From NCBI GenBank assembly GCA_937928185.1, contig CALEZX010000040.1, positions 1,176-65,175 of the forward strand: 64,000 bases of DNA, in the 5' to 3' direction. Of this stretch, positions 28,242 through 36,666 are shown piece after piece. The DNA comes from an uncultured Bacillales bacterium (lineage in GTDB: Bacteria; Bacillota_I; Bacilli_A; Izemoplasmatales; Hujiaoplasmataceae). The stretch's first letter is position 1; the number at the start of each line of letters is the position of its first letter. The notes under the pieces were generated by a model. The model worked only from the letters and a program-made list of their open reading frames with translations, had not been told where the DNA came from and did no database searches. The translations under genes and the position numbers were made by a program.

Positions 28242-28649
28242 TTAATTCTCCCCCTTTATCATGTGGTTTATCTGATGAATTAAATTTGATGAATCGTATG
28301 GCAGCATCATCTTTATTGTTAATCCTGTCACAAATATTCCTAATGCTCCCATTGCTTTTATTTTTTCAAGCTGACATAAAGATGAAGTTTTAACTTTTAT
28401 ACTAATTCTTGCACCGTCAATTGAAGCTGAAGTGATATTGTTAATTCCTCCAAGATATTCGATAATTTCATCAATTAAAGGCTGATCAATCACTGGGATT
28501 TTGGATTTTTCATGACCTTTATTTCGTGAACGCAATAAAAATAAAATGGATGAAATAGCGACAATAATTCCGATGACGATTAAAACAATTTTAGTCAAAG
28601 TAGTCATTGCAAAGAAACGAAAAAATAATAAATCAGATAGTATATTCAT
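28242..28649 (-). CDS. Membrane-anchored PTS EIIB(Glc)-like domain protein lacking the catalytic Cys
   Basis: TM helix TKIVLIVIGIIVAISSILFLL. The domain ..IIEYLGGINNITSASIDGARISIKV.. aligns to the canonical GGxxNIxxxxxC[AI]TRLR motif, with Asp at the Cys position. SD AGAGGTG lies before the ATG at 28649. Confidence 0.6.
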   Translation of the reverse strand: MNILSDLLFFRFFAMTTLTKIVLIVIGIIVAISSILFLLRSRNKGHEKSKIPVIDQPLIDEIIEYLGGINNITSASIDGARISIKVKTSSLCQLEKIKAMGALGIFVTGLTIKMMLPYDSSNLIHQINHMIKGEN

Positions 28650-28734
28650 TAAGTTAACACCTCTGTATATAATATTTTATCACAAATTTTGAAAATGCAA
28701 CTGTAAGTTAACAAAAAACAATCATTGTACCCTA

Positions 28735-28763
28735 TTGTAAAAAAAGAATTGATAATATATAAT
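28735..28763 (+). promoter_or_regulatory. ppa promoter
   Basis: TTGTAA-17 nt-TATAAT. It lies inside the ORF-track 5' extension, which argues for the downstream start. Confidence 0.55.
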
Positions 28764-28790
28764 TTTATAAGAGTTGAGAGGGGAAATAAA

Positions 28791-29288
28791 ATGACAAAAG
28801 TAGTTGAAGCAATTATCGAAATCCCAATGGGAACGCAAAACAAATACGAAGTTGATAAAAAGAAAAATCGTATTAAGCTTAATCGGGTTTTATATTCTAA
28901 AATGACCTATCCTGCAGAGTATGGTTTTATTGAAGAAACTCTTGCGGAAGATGGAGACCCTCTTGATATTTTAGTATTAGCAACAACACAAACATTCCCA
29001 GGGTGCATAGTCGATGCTAGAATTGTTGGCTATCTTGATATGTATGACTCGGGAGAACATGATGAAAAAATCATTGCAGTCGTTGATGCTGATCCGAGAT
29101 TTAATCATATCAATGATATTTCTGATATTCAAGAACTGCAGTTAAGAGAAATTAAATTATTTTTTAGAACATATAAAGAGTTACAACCTGGACATGATGT
29201 CGTTGTTCTCGACTACTATTCTCGGGAAGAAGCCATTAATCTAATCTCAAAATATCAAGTAGCTTATAAGAAAATGAATCGTAACTAA
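28791..29288 (+). CDS. ppa: Inorganic pyrophosphatase (family I)
   Basis: MTKVVEAIIEIPMGTQNKYEVD.., YPAEYGFIEETL..DGDPLDILV. Start set at ATG 28791 after SD GAGAGGGG. Confidence 0.95.
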   Translation: MTKVVEAIIEIPMGTQNKYEVDKKKNRIKLNRVLYSKMTYPAEYGFIEETLAEDGDPLDILVLATTQTFPGCIVDARIVGYLDMYDSGEHDEKIIAVVDADPRFNHINDISDIQELQLREIKLFFRTYKELQPGHDVVVLDYYSREEAINLISKYQVAYKKMNRN

Positions 29289-29293
29289 TAAGT

Positions 29294-29320
29294 AAAGCGC
29301 AGAGATCTGCGCTTTTTTTT
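29294..29320. terminator. Bidirectional terminator between ppa and the convergent amidohydrolase gene
   Basis: AAAGCGCAGA-GA-TCTGCGCTTTTTTTT. It overlaps the stop of the minus-strand gene. Confidence 0.8.
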
Positions 29321-30491
29321 ATTGTTGAAAAACAATATTCCCATTAACTATGACATAGTTTGTTTTCGTTAAATAATGAAGCGGATGATTGTTCCAAATA
29401 ACAATATCTGCATCTTTGCCTTCTTCTATTGACCCCACAAGATGGTCAACGCCATTTATCTTTGCAGCGTTAATGGTTACTGCTCTCAGTGCTTCTAATT
29501 CAGGCAATCCTTCCCTCACAAATATACCAACTTGAGTTAATGCGTTAGCAAGATGAATCACTGGGTGATCAGTCATGATTGCAAATTCGATTTTAGAATC
29601 GTGTAATATCTTTCCTGCTTTAAAAGTTTTGTTGCGTAGTTCATATTTTGATTTAGAGCCTAACGTTGGACCGATGATAACCCGTTGATGATGTTCCTTT
29701 AGGTAGTCTGCAATCAGATGACCTTCAGTAGCATGTTCAATTGTGGCATTAAGACCAAATTCCTCAATAATTCGAATTGCGGTAACAATGTCATCTTGTT
29801 GATGAGCGTGTATCTTGACCGGAAATCCATCAAAAACACGCATCAAAGAATTCCATTTCATATTAAACTCTGGCTTTGAAGTCTCTTTACCACTTTGAAC
29901 GTCTTGGTTGTATTTGTCGATTTTTCCTTTATATTCTTTTGCTTTAATTAAAGCATCACGAATTAAAGCGGTAGATGCCATTCTGGTTGAAGGAGATTGA
30001 TTTTTACCATTATATACCCTTTTAGGATTTTCACCTAAAGCCATTTTCATTGAAGATTCTTCGACAATAATCATGTCGTCGATTGTTTTTCCATAAGTTT
30101 TCATAACACAAAAAGTACCACCGATTACATTTGCACTGCCTGGTCCGGTAGCAACAGTTGTAATGCCAGCTTCCAGGGCTTCCTGAAAAGCTACATCTTG
30201 TGGTTTAATGGCATCAATTGCACGAAGTTCAGGGTAAACCGGATTTGTCATTTCATTACCATCCGCACCTTCAAATCCAATAGCTTCTTCAAAAATTCCG
30301 ATATGACAATGCGGATCAACAATTCCAGGTGTAACATATCTTTTATCAGCATCAATAATCGTAATATCGGCAAAATCATTTGCATTAATTTTGCCTATTT
30401 TTTTGATTTTTGTTCCTTCAATTAAAATATCTTTGATTTCATAATTAATGTCTTTCATACTGACTAACAAAGCATTTTTAATTAAGATCAT
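29319..30491 (-). CDS. Metal-dependent amidohydrolase-superfamily protein
   Basis: TPGIVDPHCHIG (HxH), later H..H, and the C-terminal GSIEEGKDADIVIW motif. Confidence 0.8.
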   Translation of the reverse strand: MILIKNALLVSMKDINYEIKDILIEGTKIKKIGKINANDFADITIIDADKRYVTPGIVDPHCHIGIFEEAIGFEGADGNEMTNPVYPELRAIDAIKPQDVAFQEALEAGITTVATGPGSANVIGGTFCVMKTYGKTIDDMIIVEESSMKMALGENPKRVYNGKNQSPSTRMASTALIRDALIKAKEYKGKIDKYNQDVQSGKETSKPEFNMKWNSLMRVFDGFPVKIHAHQQDDIVTAIRIIEEFGLNATIEHATEGHLIADYLKEHHQRVIIGPTLGSKSKYELRNKTFKAGKILHDSKIEFAIMTDHPVIHLANALTQVGIFVREGLPELEALRAVTINAAKINGVDHLVGSIEEGKDADIVIWNNHPLHYLTKTNYVIVNGNIVFQQ

Positions 30492-31675
30492 TATAATATC
30501 TCCTTTATATTTTGATTGTTAGTAACCAAATTAATCATTAAAGCAGTTCCATATAACAAAGCTTTTTCATCTATGTTAAAACGGGGATGGTGAAGCCCAT
30601 AATTGGTATCAGCTGAACCAGAAGTTCCTAACCATACAAAAGCACCGGTTTTATGAATAATATATTTAGAAAAATCTTCAGCACCCATGGTGGCTTTATC
30701 CTGAGCAATTAGAGCATCGTTACCAAATGACTGTCTGACAATATTTTTCAAATAGTCAGTAGGTCCAGTTTGATTGATAAGAGGATCATATCCCCTAATA
30801 TACTCATATTGGTATTTTCCACCATACCGTTCTGTGATTGATTTGATAATTTTTTCAATTTCATTAATTATCTTTTCTCTGACCGAGGCTGAAAATGTTC
30901 TTACTGTACCTTCCATAATGGCGGATTCAGGAATAATGTTATGCGTTGTGCCAGCATGAACTTGAGCAACTGTAATAACACAGTTATCGGTAGGATTAAT
31001 AATTCTTGACGGAATTGTTTGAATCGCCTGAACTGTTTCTGCAAGCATGATGATTGGATCAATTCCAAGATGAGGAAATGCTGCATGTGCTCCTTTACCA
31101 ATCAATACAATTTTAAAAGTATCTGCTGAAGCCATCGCTTCTCCACTTTTAATTGAGAATGTTCCCACTTCTAAATTAGGAGCGCAGTGTAAGCCAAAAA
31201 ACACTTGAACATCGTCAACGACTCCGCTCTGAACGATTGCATGTGCACCACCTGGAACAGGTCCTTCTTCAGCTTCTTGAAAGATAAGTTTCACAGTTCC
31301 GTTCCATTCATTTAAATGGGCATATAAATAATGTGCAGCAGATAATAAAATAGCGGTATGTGCATCATGACCGCATGCGTGCATTGTATTAGGGTTCTTT
31401 GAACAATAAGTAATATTGTCTGATTCCTCTTTCATCGGCAAGGCATCCATGTCGGCTCGGAGCCCTATGATTGGCCCATTCCCGTTTTTTATTGTCGCAA
31501 CCGCAGAGAACTGACCAACTTTTACAATATCAGAGATTCCATATTCCTGTAATCTCTGAATAACATACTTTTGAGTGTTGGGAAGATTAAATCCAATTTC
31601 AGGATTTTCATGCAAAAACCTTCTATTAGATACTAATTCGCTATACAAATAATCGATATCTTTGATTTTAATCAT
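30491..31675 (-). CDS. M20D-family amidohydrolase (N-acyl-L-amino acid amidohydrolase / hippurate hydrolase-like)
   Basis: RR.LHENPE, RADMDALP, MHACGHD and FQEAEEG motifs. 394 aa. Confidence 0.85.
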   Translation of the reverse strand: MIKIKDIDYLYSELVSNRRFLHENPEIGFNLPNTQKYVIQRLQEYGISDIVKVGQFSAVATIKNGNGPIIGLRADMDALPMKEESDNITYCSKNPNTMHACGHDAHTAILLSAAHYLYAHLNEWNGTVKLIFQEAEEGPVPGGAHAIVQSGVVDDVQVFFGLHCAPNLEVGTFSIKSGEAMASADTFKIVLIGKGAHAAFPHLGIDPIIMLAETVQAIQTIPSRIINPTDNCVITVAQVHAGTTHNIIPESAIMEGTVRTFSASVREKIINEIEKIIKSITERYGGKYQYEYIRGYDPLINQTGPTDYLKNIVRQSFGNDALIAQDKATMGAEDFSKYIIHKTGAFVWLGTSGSADTNYGLHHPRFNIDEKALLYGTALMINLVTNNQNIKEIL

Positions 31676-31687
31676 TATATATCACCT

Positions 31688-32479
31688 TTAATATAAATAG
31701 TGGACACTAAGGTTTTCTTTCTTGATATATGATTCAATTTCATTTTTTAAATTGACATAGAAATCCTGCTTACTTGTTTCGAATATTTCAACAAACTCAT
31801 TGTATTTATTCGGAAGTTGATGCTGTATAACCTGAAATATTCTTTTTTTGTTATTGATGTCTTTCAAATTTAGTTTATCAAACATAAAGTAATCAACATA
31901 GGGTTTTACAGAATCAATTATTTCGAATACGTTAGTGACGAAAGGAATGATTGGGCTAATAAACACATAAGTTCTAATTCCTGTTTGATGGAGTATTTTT
32001 AAAGCTTCAATACGTTCAGAAGGCTTACTGGCTTTTGGTTCAAATATTGATGCCCAATAATCATTTGTTGCAATGCTAAAGCCGATTTCAACTGATTTCA
32101 TTTGCTGAAAAAGATTGATGTCTCTAGTTATTAGGGCTGATTTTGTTAAGAATGAAACTTGCAGATTACTCTCAAAAATATTATTGAGTATCGTCTGGGT
32201 ATTTTTAATTGTAGCTTCAATGGGTTGATATGCATCCGTCATTGAAGAGAAAATCAGAGATTTAGATCCAGTATTTCTAGGAATATTATAATTGGGATAC
32301 TTTTTTATATCGACATAAGTTCCCCATTTATCTACCCGACTTAAGTAACTAGGCATTGTTTGTGCATAGCAATACAAACATCCATGCTCGCATCCGCCAT
32401 ATGGATTACATACAAAATCATGACCAAGACCTGTCTTCGTCATGAAATTCTTCGCATCAATTGTTTTTAATTTGACCAT
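31688..32479 (-). CDS. SPL-type (COG1533-like) radical SAM protein
   Basis: NPYGGCEHGCLYCYA (CxxxCxxC) near the N-terminus. ATG 32479 (MVKLKTI) is preferred over the track's TTG at 32497. The start is uncertain. Confidence 0.75.
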   Translation of the reverse strand: MVKLKTIDAKNFMTKTGLGHDFVCNPYGGCEHGCLYCYAQTMPSYLSRVDKWGTYVDIKKYPNYNIPRNTGSKSLIFSSMTDAYQPIEATIKNTQTILNNIFESNLQVSFLTKSALITRDINLFQQMKSVEIGFSIATNDYWASIFEPKASKPSERIEALKILHQTGIRTYVFISPIIPFVTNVFEIIDSVKPYVDYFMFDKLNLKDINNKKRIFQVIQHQLPNKYNEFVEIFETSKQDFYVNLKNEIESYIKKENLSVHYLY

Positions 32480-33395
32480 GAGCAAACAACCGATCAATTT
32501 TAACTAATTTTCGTGCTGCAAAAAAGCCGACTGCAATTGCTATTAATCCAAATAATACTGATAATAAATTACCTTGGATATATGAGAAAAATTCTTTATA
32601 AACGGGGATTTGGTCCTTGAAATCCAAAGCCGATTTTTGATCAGCCATTTCAAAAAAGATAACAATTGCTGAAGAAATGATAAATCCTATAATTGCACTA
32701 TACGTTTGAACAAAGAATTTTTTTAAAGCTATTTCGATTGCTTTACTAATTAAAAACACACCAATCACTGCACCTAATCCAAAAGGTATGAGTACCTGCA
32801 AATTGTATCCTAACATGGAAAAATCGAGAATATTACCTATAACATCGGTAACTATTACCGTGTAGAAACCAAGGGTTATTAATAAAGCAGAACCAGATAC
32901 ACCAGGAATAACCATTGTTGCTGCAGATAATAAACCCAGAACAAATATAAGCAAATAAATGCCTATGGAAAAATCAAAGGTATGAAAGACTGACGATTCG
33001 TTTAACATCTTTCCAATGAGCAATAATAAGACTATGATGAAACTGACTGAAAATGAAATGATACTTGAAATACCTTTATGAGTATCTTTAATTTTTTCAT
33101 AAAGCGAAGGAATTCCTCCAAGAAGCAGCCCAATGAAAAATGATAATGTAATTACGGAGTTAAGACTCATTAGCCAGCCTAATAGTTTAGCTAAAAGGAC
33201 AATAGATAAAAAAAGACCTATAAATAACGGAAATAAAAATACGATACTTTTTTTAAATTCTTTAAAGACGTGAGTAATTGAATATAAAAGTTTATCATAT
33301 ACTCCCAAATAGATAGCCATCGTTCCTCCGCTGACTCCAGGAATGATAAAGGCTATCCCAATGAGAAATCCCTTAAGAAGTAAAATTAAAAACAT
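32457..33395 (-). CDS. DUF368-family membrane protein (polyprenyl-phosphate transporter PopT-like)
   Basis: Two internal repeats, each carrying IPGVSGGT/IPGVSGSA motifs. About 10 TM helices. 312 aa. Confidence 0.8.
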   Translation of the reverse strand: MFLILLLKGFLIGIAFIIPGVSGGTMAIYLGVYDKLLYSITHVFKEFKKSIVFLFPLFIGLFLSIVLLAKLLGWLMSLNSVITLSFFIGLLLGGIPSLYEKIKDTHKGISSIISFSVSFIIVLLLLIGKMLNESSVFHTFDFSIGIYLLIFVLGLLSAATMVIPGVSGSALLITLGFYTVIVTDVIGNILDFSMLGYNLQVLIPFGLGAVIGVFLISKAIEIALKKFFVQTYSAIIGFIISSAIVIFFEMADQKSALDFKDQIPVYKEFFSYIQGNLLSVLFGLIAIAVGFFAARKLVKIDRLFAHGQIKNN

Positions 33396-33413
33396 AGTAT
33401 CCTCGATTCTATC

Positions 33414-34715
33414 TCAAATAGCATCGCCAATGAGATCATAGCCATAGTTCGAAGTAATCTTAACAAGGACATCATCACCGATTTCGTGACTGGTCTTTGA
33501 TTGAAAAACGATATATCCATCGATATCATCTGGAGCAAATGCATAACTTCTTCCATAATAAAAATGTGAAGTTTCATCAAATGCTTCAATTATAGTACGG
33601 TGAACAGTTCCGATTTGTCCTTTATTCTTTTTTGCTGCAATTCGTTTCTGGATTTTCATTATCTGATCCAGCCGATTATTTTTGATATCATCAGAAATCT
33701 GATCTTCGAAACTAAAGGCTGGGGTATCTTCTTCTTTGGAATATGCAAATACACCTAATCGATCAAACTCCTGCTCTTGAACAAATATTCTTAATTCTTC
33801 AAAGTCATTTTCGGTTTCGCCCGGGAATCCAACAATTAATGTTGTACGTAAAACTGCATTAGGCATCATTGTTCTGATTTTATTAAAAAGATTAATCAGG
33901 TATTCTTTATTTCCTCTTCGGTTCATTTTCTTCAAAATTGGAGAAGATATATGTTGAATTGGAATATCGAAATAATGAGCTACTTTGGGATTGTCCTTAA
34001 TTTCAAGAAGCAATTCATCGGTTATTTCATCTGGATATAAATAGAGAATCCTGACCATAATTAATCCTTCAATTCTTGAAACTTTTCGAATTAAATCAGG
34101 CAATAGGCTTTTATGATCGTTAGAGTAGTCCGAACCGAATCTTGTCGTATCTTGACTAATAATATTTATTTCTTTCGCTCCGTTCTTAACTAATATCTCA
34201 GCTTCTTTGACTATTTCCTCTATTCTACGACTCCTAAATCCTCCGCGAATTAATGGAATCGCACAATAAGTACATCGATTATCACAACCGTCAGATATCT
34301 TAAGATAAGGAGAAATGTGAGAAGTAGCTAAGATTCGATTTTGATAATCCATCGGTCCAAATTTAAGTGAGTCGTCGTGAATAACACATTTAATAATATC
34401 GCCAAAACGAGGATAATCTTTTAAAGTTACTACACGATCAATGAAAGGCATTTCTCTTTCTAATTTTGTTTTATATCTTTCAGCATAACAGCCGGCGACA
34501 ATCAGTTTTTTTTGATAACCATGCATTTCTTTTATTGTAGAAATGCTTTCTTTTTTTGCATCTTCAATAAAACCACAGGTATTGATTATAATTAAGTCTG
34601 CTTCTTCAGGAGATTGGACAATTTCTAATCCCCCTTTTTGAACCATACCCAATATCATTTCTGAATCAACTAGGTTTTTAGCACAACCCAGGGAAATTAA
34701 TCCTACTTTCAACAT
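33414..34715 (-). CDS. rimO: Ribosomal protein S12 methylthiotransferase RimO
   Basis: MTTase N-domain (KVGLISLGCAKNLVDSE), radical SAM CDNRCTYC and a C-terminal TRAM domain. 433 aa. Confidence 0.88.
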   Translation of the reverse strand: MLKVGLISLGCAKNLVDSEMILGMVQKGGLEIVQSPEEADLIIINTCGFIEDAKKESISTIKEMHGYQKKLIVAGCYAERYKTKLEREMPFIDRVVTLKDYPRFGDIIKCVIHDDSLKFGPMDYQNRILATSHISPYLKISDGCDNRCTYCAIPLIRGGFRSRRIEEIVKEAEILVKNGAKEINIISQDTTRFGSDYSNDHKSLLPDLIRKVSRIEGLIMVRILYLYPDEITDELLLEIKDNPKVAHYFDIPIQHISSPILKKMNRRGNKEYLINLFNKIRTMMPNAVLRTTLIVGFPGETENDFEELRIFVQEQEFDRLGVFAYSKEEDTPAFSFEDQISDDIKNNRLDQIMKIQKRIAAKKNKGQIGTVHRTIIEAFDETSHFYYGRSYAFAPDDIDGYIVFQSKTSHEIGDDVLVKITSNYGYDLIGDAI

Positions 34716-34782
34716 TTATAAACCATCCTCTAAAATTCAATGTAAATCTTATATCTATTATACATGAATTAATCATTTTATA

Positions 34783-34812
34783 AAAAGAAAAAAGAGGATT
34801 TTTATCCTCTTA
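34783..34812 (-). terminator. Rho-independent terminator after the ABC exporter operon
   Basis: Minus strand: AAGAGGAT-AAAA-ATCCTCTT followed by TTTTCTTTTT. It overlaps the stop codon. Confidence 0.8.
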
Positions 34813-36666
34813 AATCATTGGGTTCGAGAATTGGCTGTTATATAAATCGAAATATACGCCTTTTTTCTCTAAAAGTTCATGGTGATTACCTTGTTCAACT
34901 ATTTTACCTTCATTCATTACAAGAATCAAATTTGCATTTTTGATTGTTGATAAACGGTGAGCAATGACAAATGAAGTACGATCCTCCATGATAAACTTCA
35001 TTGCATTTTGAATGTAGGCTTCGGTTCTAGTGTCAACCGATGAAGTAGCTTCGTCAAGAATCATTATTTTCGGATTGAAAAGAATCGCTCTTGCTATTGT
35101 CAGCAATTGCTTCTGTCCCTGACTTAAATTAGATGCATCTTCATTCAGTACGGTTTGATATCCTTCTGGTAACGTTTCAATAAAATGATCAACATGAGCC
35201 TGTCGGCAAGCTTCCTTGACTTCTTCAAGCGTTGCATTGTCTTTTCCAAAGGCAATATTTTCCTGAATTGTACCTGCGAACAACCAAGTATCCTGAAGAA
35301 CCATTCCGAATAGACGTCGTAAATCTTTTCTTGGGATATCGCTATATTGTACTCCATCTATCGTTATCATTCCATTTTGTATTTCATAAAAACGCATTAA
35401 TAGATTGACTAAAGTTGTTTTCCCTGCACCGGTAGGTCCAACAATTGCGATTTGCTTTCCAGAAGAGACATCAATGGAAAGATGTTCAATTAATTTTTGC
35501 TCTTCTGTATAAGAAAAACTTACATCTTTAAATTGAACATTACCTTCAAATTTATCTAAATCAATCTTATCGACTTTAAGTTCAGTAACCTCTTCAGGTT
35601 TATCTAAAAGATTAAAAACACGTTCAGCACTTGCAATTGTCGATTGTAAGGTATTGATTAGCGATGCAATATTAAGAATAGGATTGACAAAACTTTTTTG
35701 GTAGGTGACAAAGATAGTGATATCGCCGATAAGTAATGGATTTGTTGTCCCAGTTAAAATTCCACCTACAACAACTACAAGTACATATCCAATATTTGAG
35801 ATAAATTCCATAATTGGACGAATCAAACCTGAAATAAATTGAGCTCCTCTTGATTCATTAGAAAGAGTATTATTTATGGTTTGAAACTCATCGAGAGTTT
35901 CATTTTCTCGTCCAAATAATTTGACGACCTTATGAGCGGTGAATATCTCTTCAATATAACCATTTAGGTTACCGAGTTCTTCTTGTTGACGTTTAAATTT
36001 CTTTTGTGATTTCTTAGCGATAAATGACGTTGAAAAGACATAAAGCGGTAAAGCAACCAAAGCTATTATCGTCAGCTGCCAGGAAATTCTGAACATCATC
36101 ACTAATACTCCGACAATCGTTAAGAAACTAGTAATGATATAGATAAGACTTTGCTGAAGTGAATTTGCTACTGTCTCGACATCATTCGAGAAAATTGACA
36201 AAATATTGCCTGTTTTTGATTCATCAAAAAATCTCATCGGTAATCTTTCTAATTTGTCTCTAAGTTCATTTCTCATTTGTTTTCCTACAGTATTAGAAAC
36301 ATAGTTTCCTAATAATGCAGAAATGGTATCAAGAATAAACCGGAAGACATAGATACCAATCAGTAATAAAAATATCGTTTGAACTTCATCTAAAGAATCA
36401 TTCGATAATTCACCGTTTATGACCTTTTGGAGAGTGTTTATGATTGTACGTAAATAATCAGGAGCAATAACACCGATTAACGTCACTAGGACTGAAAAAA
36501 TAACCATTAAAAGCAATTTAAATTGATGTGGTCTTAAATATTGAATTAGTCGAGCACTGGTTTTTTTAAAATTCTTGGGTTTTTCTCCTCCCATACCGAT
36601 AGGCCCATGAAATCCTCCGGGAGCTGATTTTCTATCTGAACGATTATATTTTTTATTAGTACTCAT
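34810..36666 (-). CDS. ABC exporter half-transporter (permease + ATPase), consensus Walker B, degenerate signature
   Basis: 6-TM domain. GPTGAGKTT, signature LSQGQKQ (not LSGGQ), Walker B MILDEATS. Confidence 0.9.
   Translation of the reverse strand: MSTNKKYNRSDRKSAPGGFHGPIGMGGEKPKNFKKTSARLIQYLRPHQFKLLLMVIFSVLVTLIGVIAPDYLRTIINTLQKVINGELSNDSLDEVQTIFLLLIGIYVFRFILDTISALLGNYVSNTVGKQMRNELRDKLERLPMRFFDESKTGNILSIFSNDVETVANSLQQSLIYIITSFLTIVGVLVMMFRISWQLTIIALVALPLYVFSTSFIAKKSQKKFKRQQEELGNLNGYIEEIFTAHKVVKLFGRENETLDEFQTINNTLSNESRGAQFISGLIRPIMEFISNIGYVLVVVVGGILTGTTNPLLIGDITIFVTYQKSFVNPILNIASLINTLQSTIASAERVFNLLDKPEEVTELKVDKIDLDKFEGNVQFKDVSFSYTEEQKLIEHLSIDVSSGKQIAIVGPTGAGKTTLVNLLMRFYEIQNGMITIDGVQYSDIPRKDLRRLFGMVLQDTWLFAGTIQENIAFGKDNATLEEVKEACRQAHVDHFIETLPEGYQTVLNEDASNLSQGQKQLLTIARAILFNPKIMILDEATSSVDTRTEAYIQNAMKFIMEDRTSFVIAHRLSTIKNANLILVMNEGKIVEQGNHHELLEKKGVYFDLYNSQFSNPMI

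Noticed and set aside
28649-28843. 64-aa minus-strand ORF upstream of the EIIB-like gene.
   Set aside because: It spans the divergent promoter region and the first codons of ppa on the other strand. It has no SD. The hydrophobic sequence is explained by T-rich non-coding DNA.
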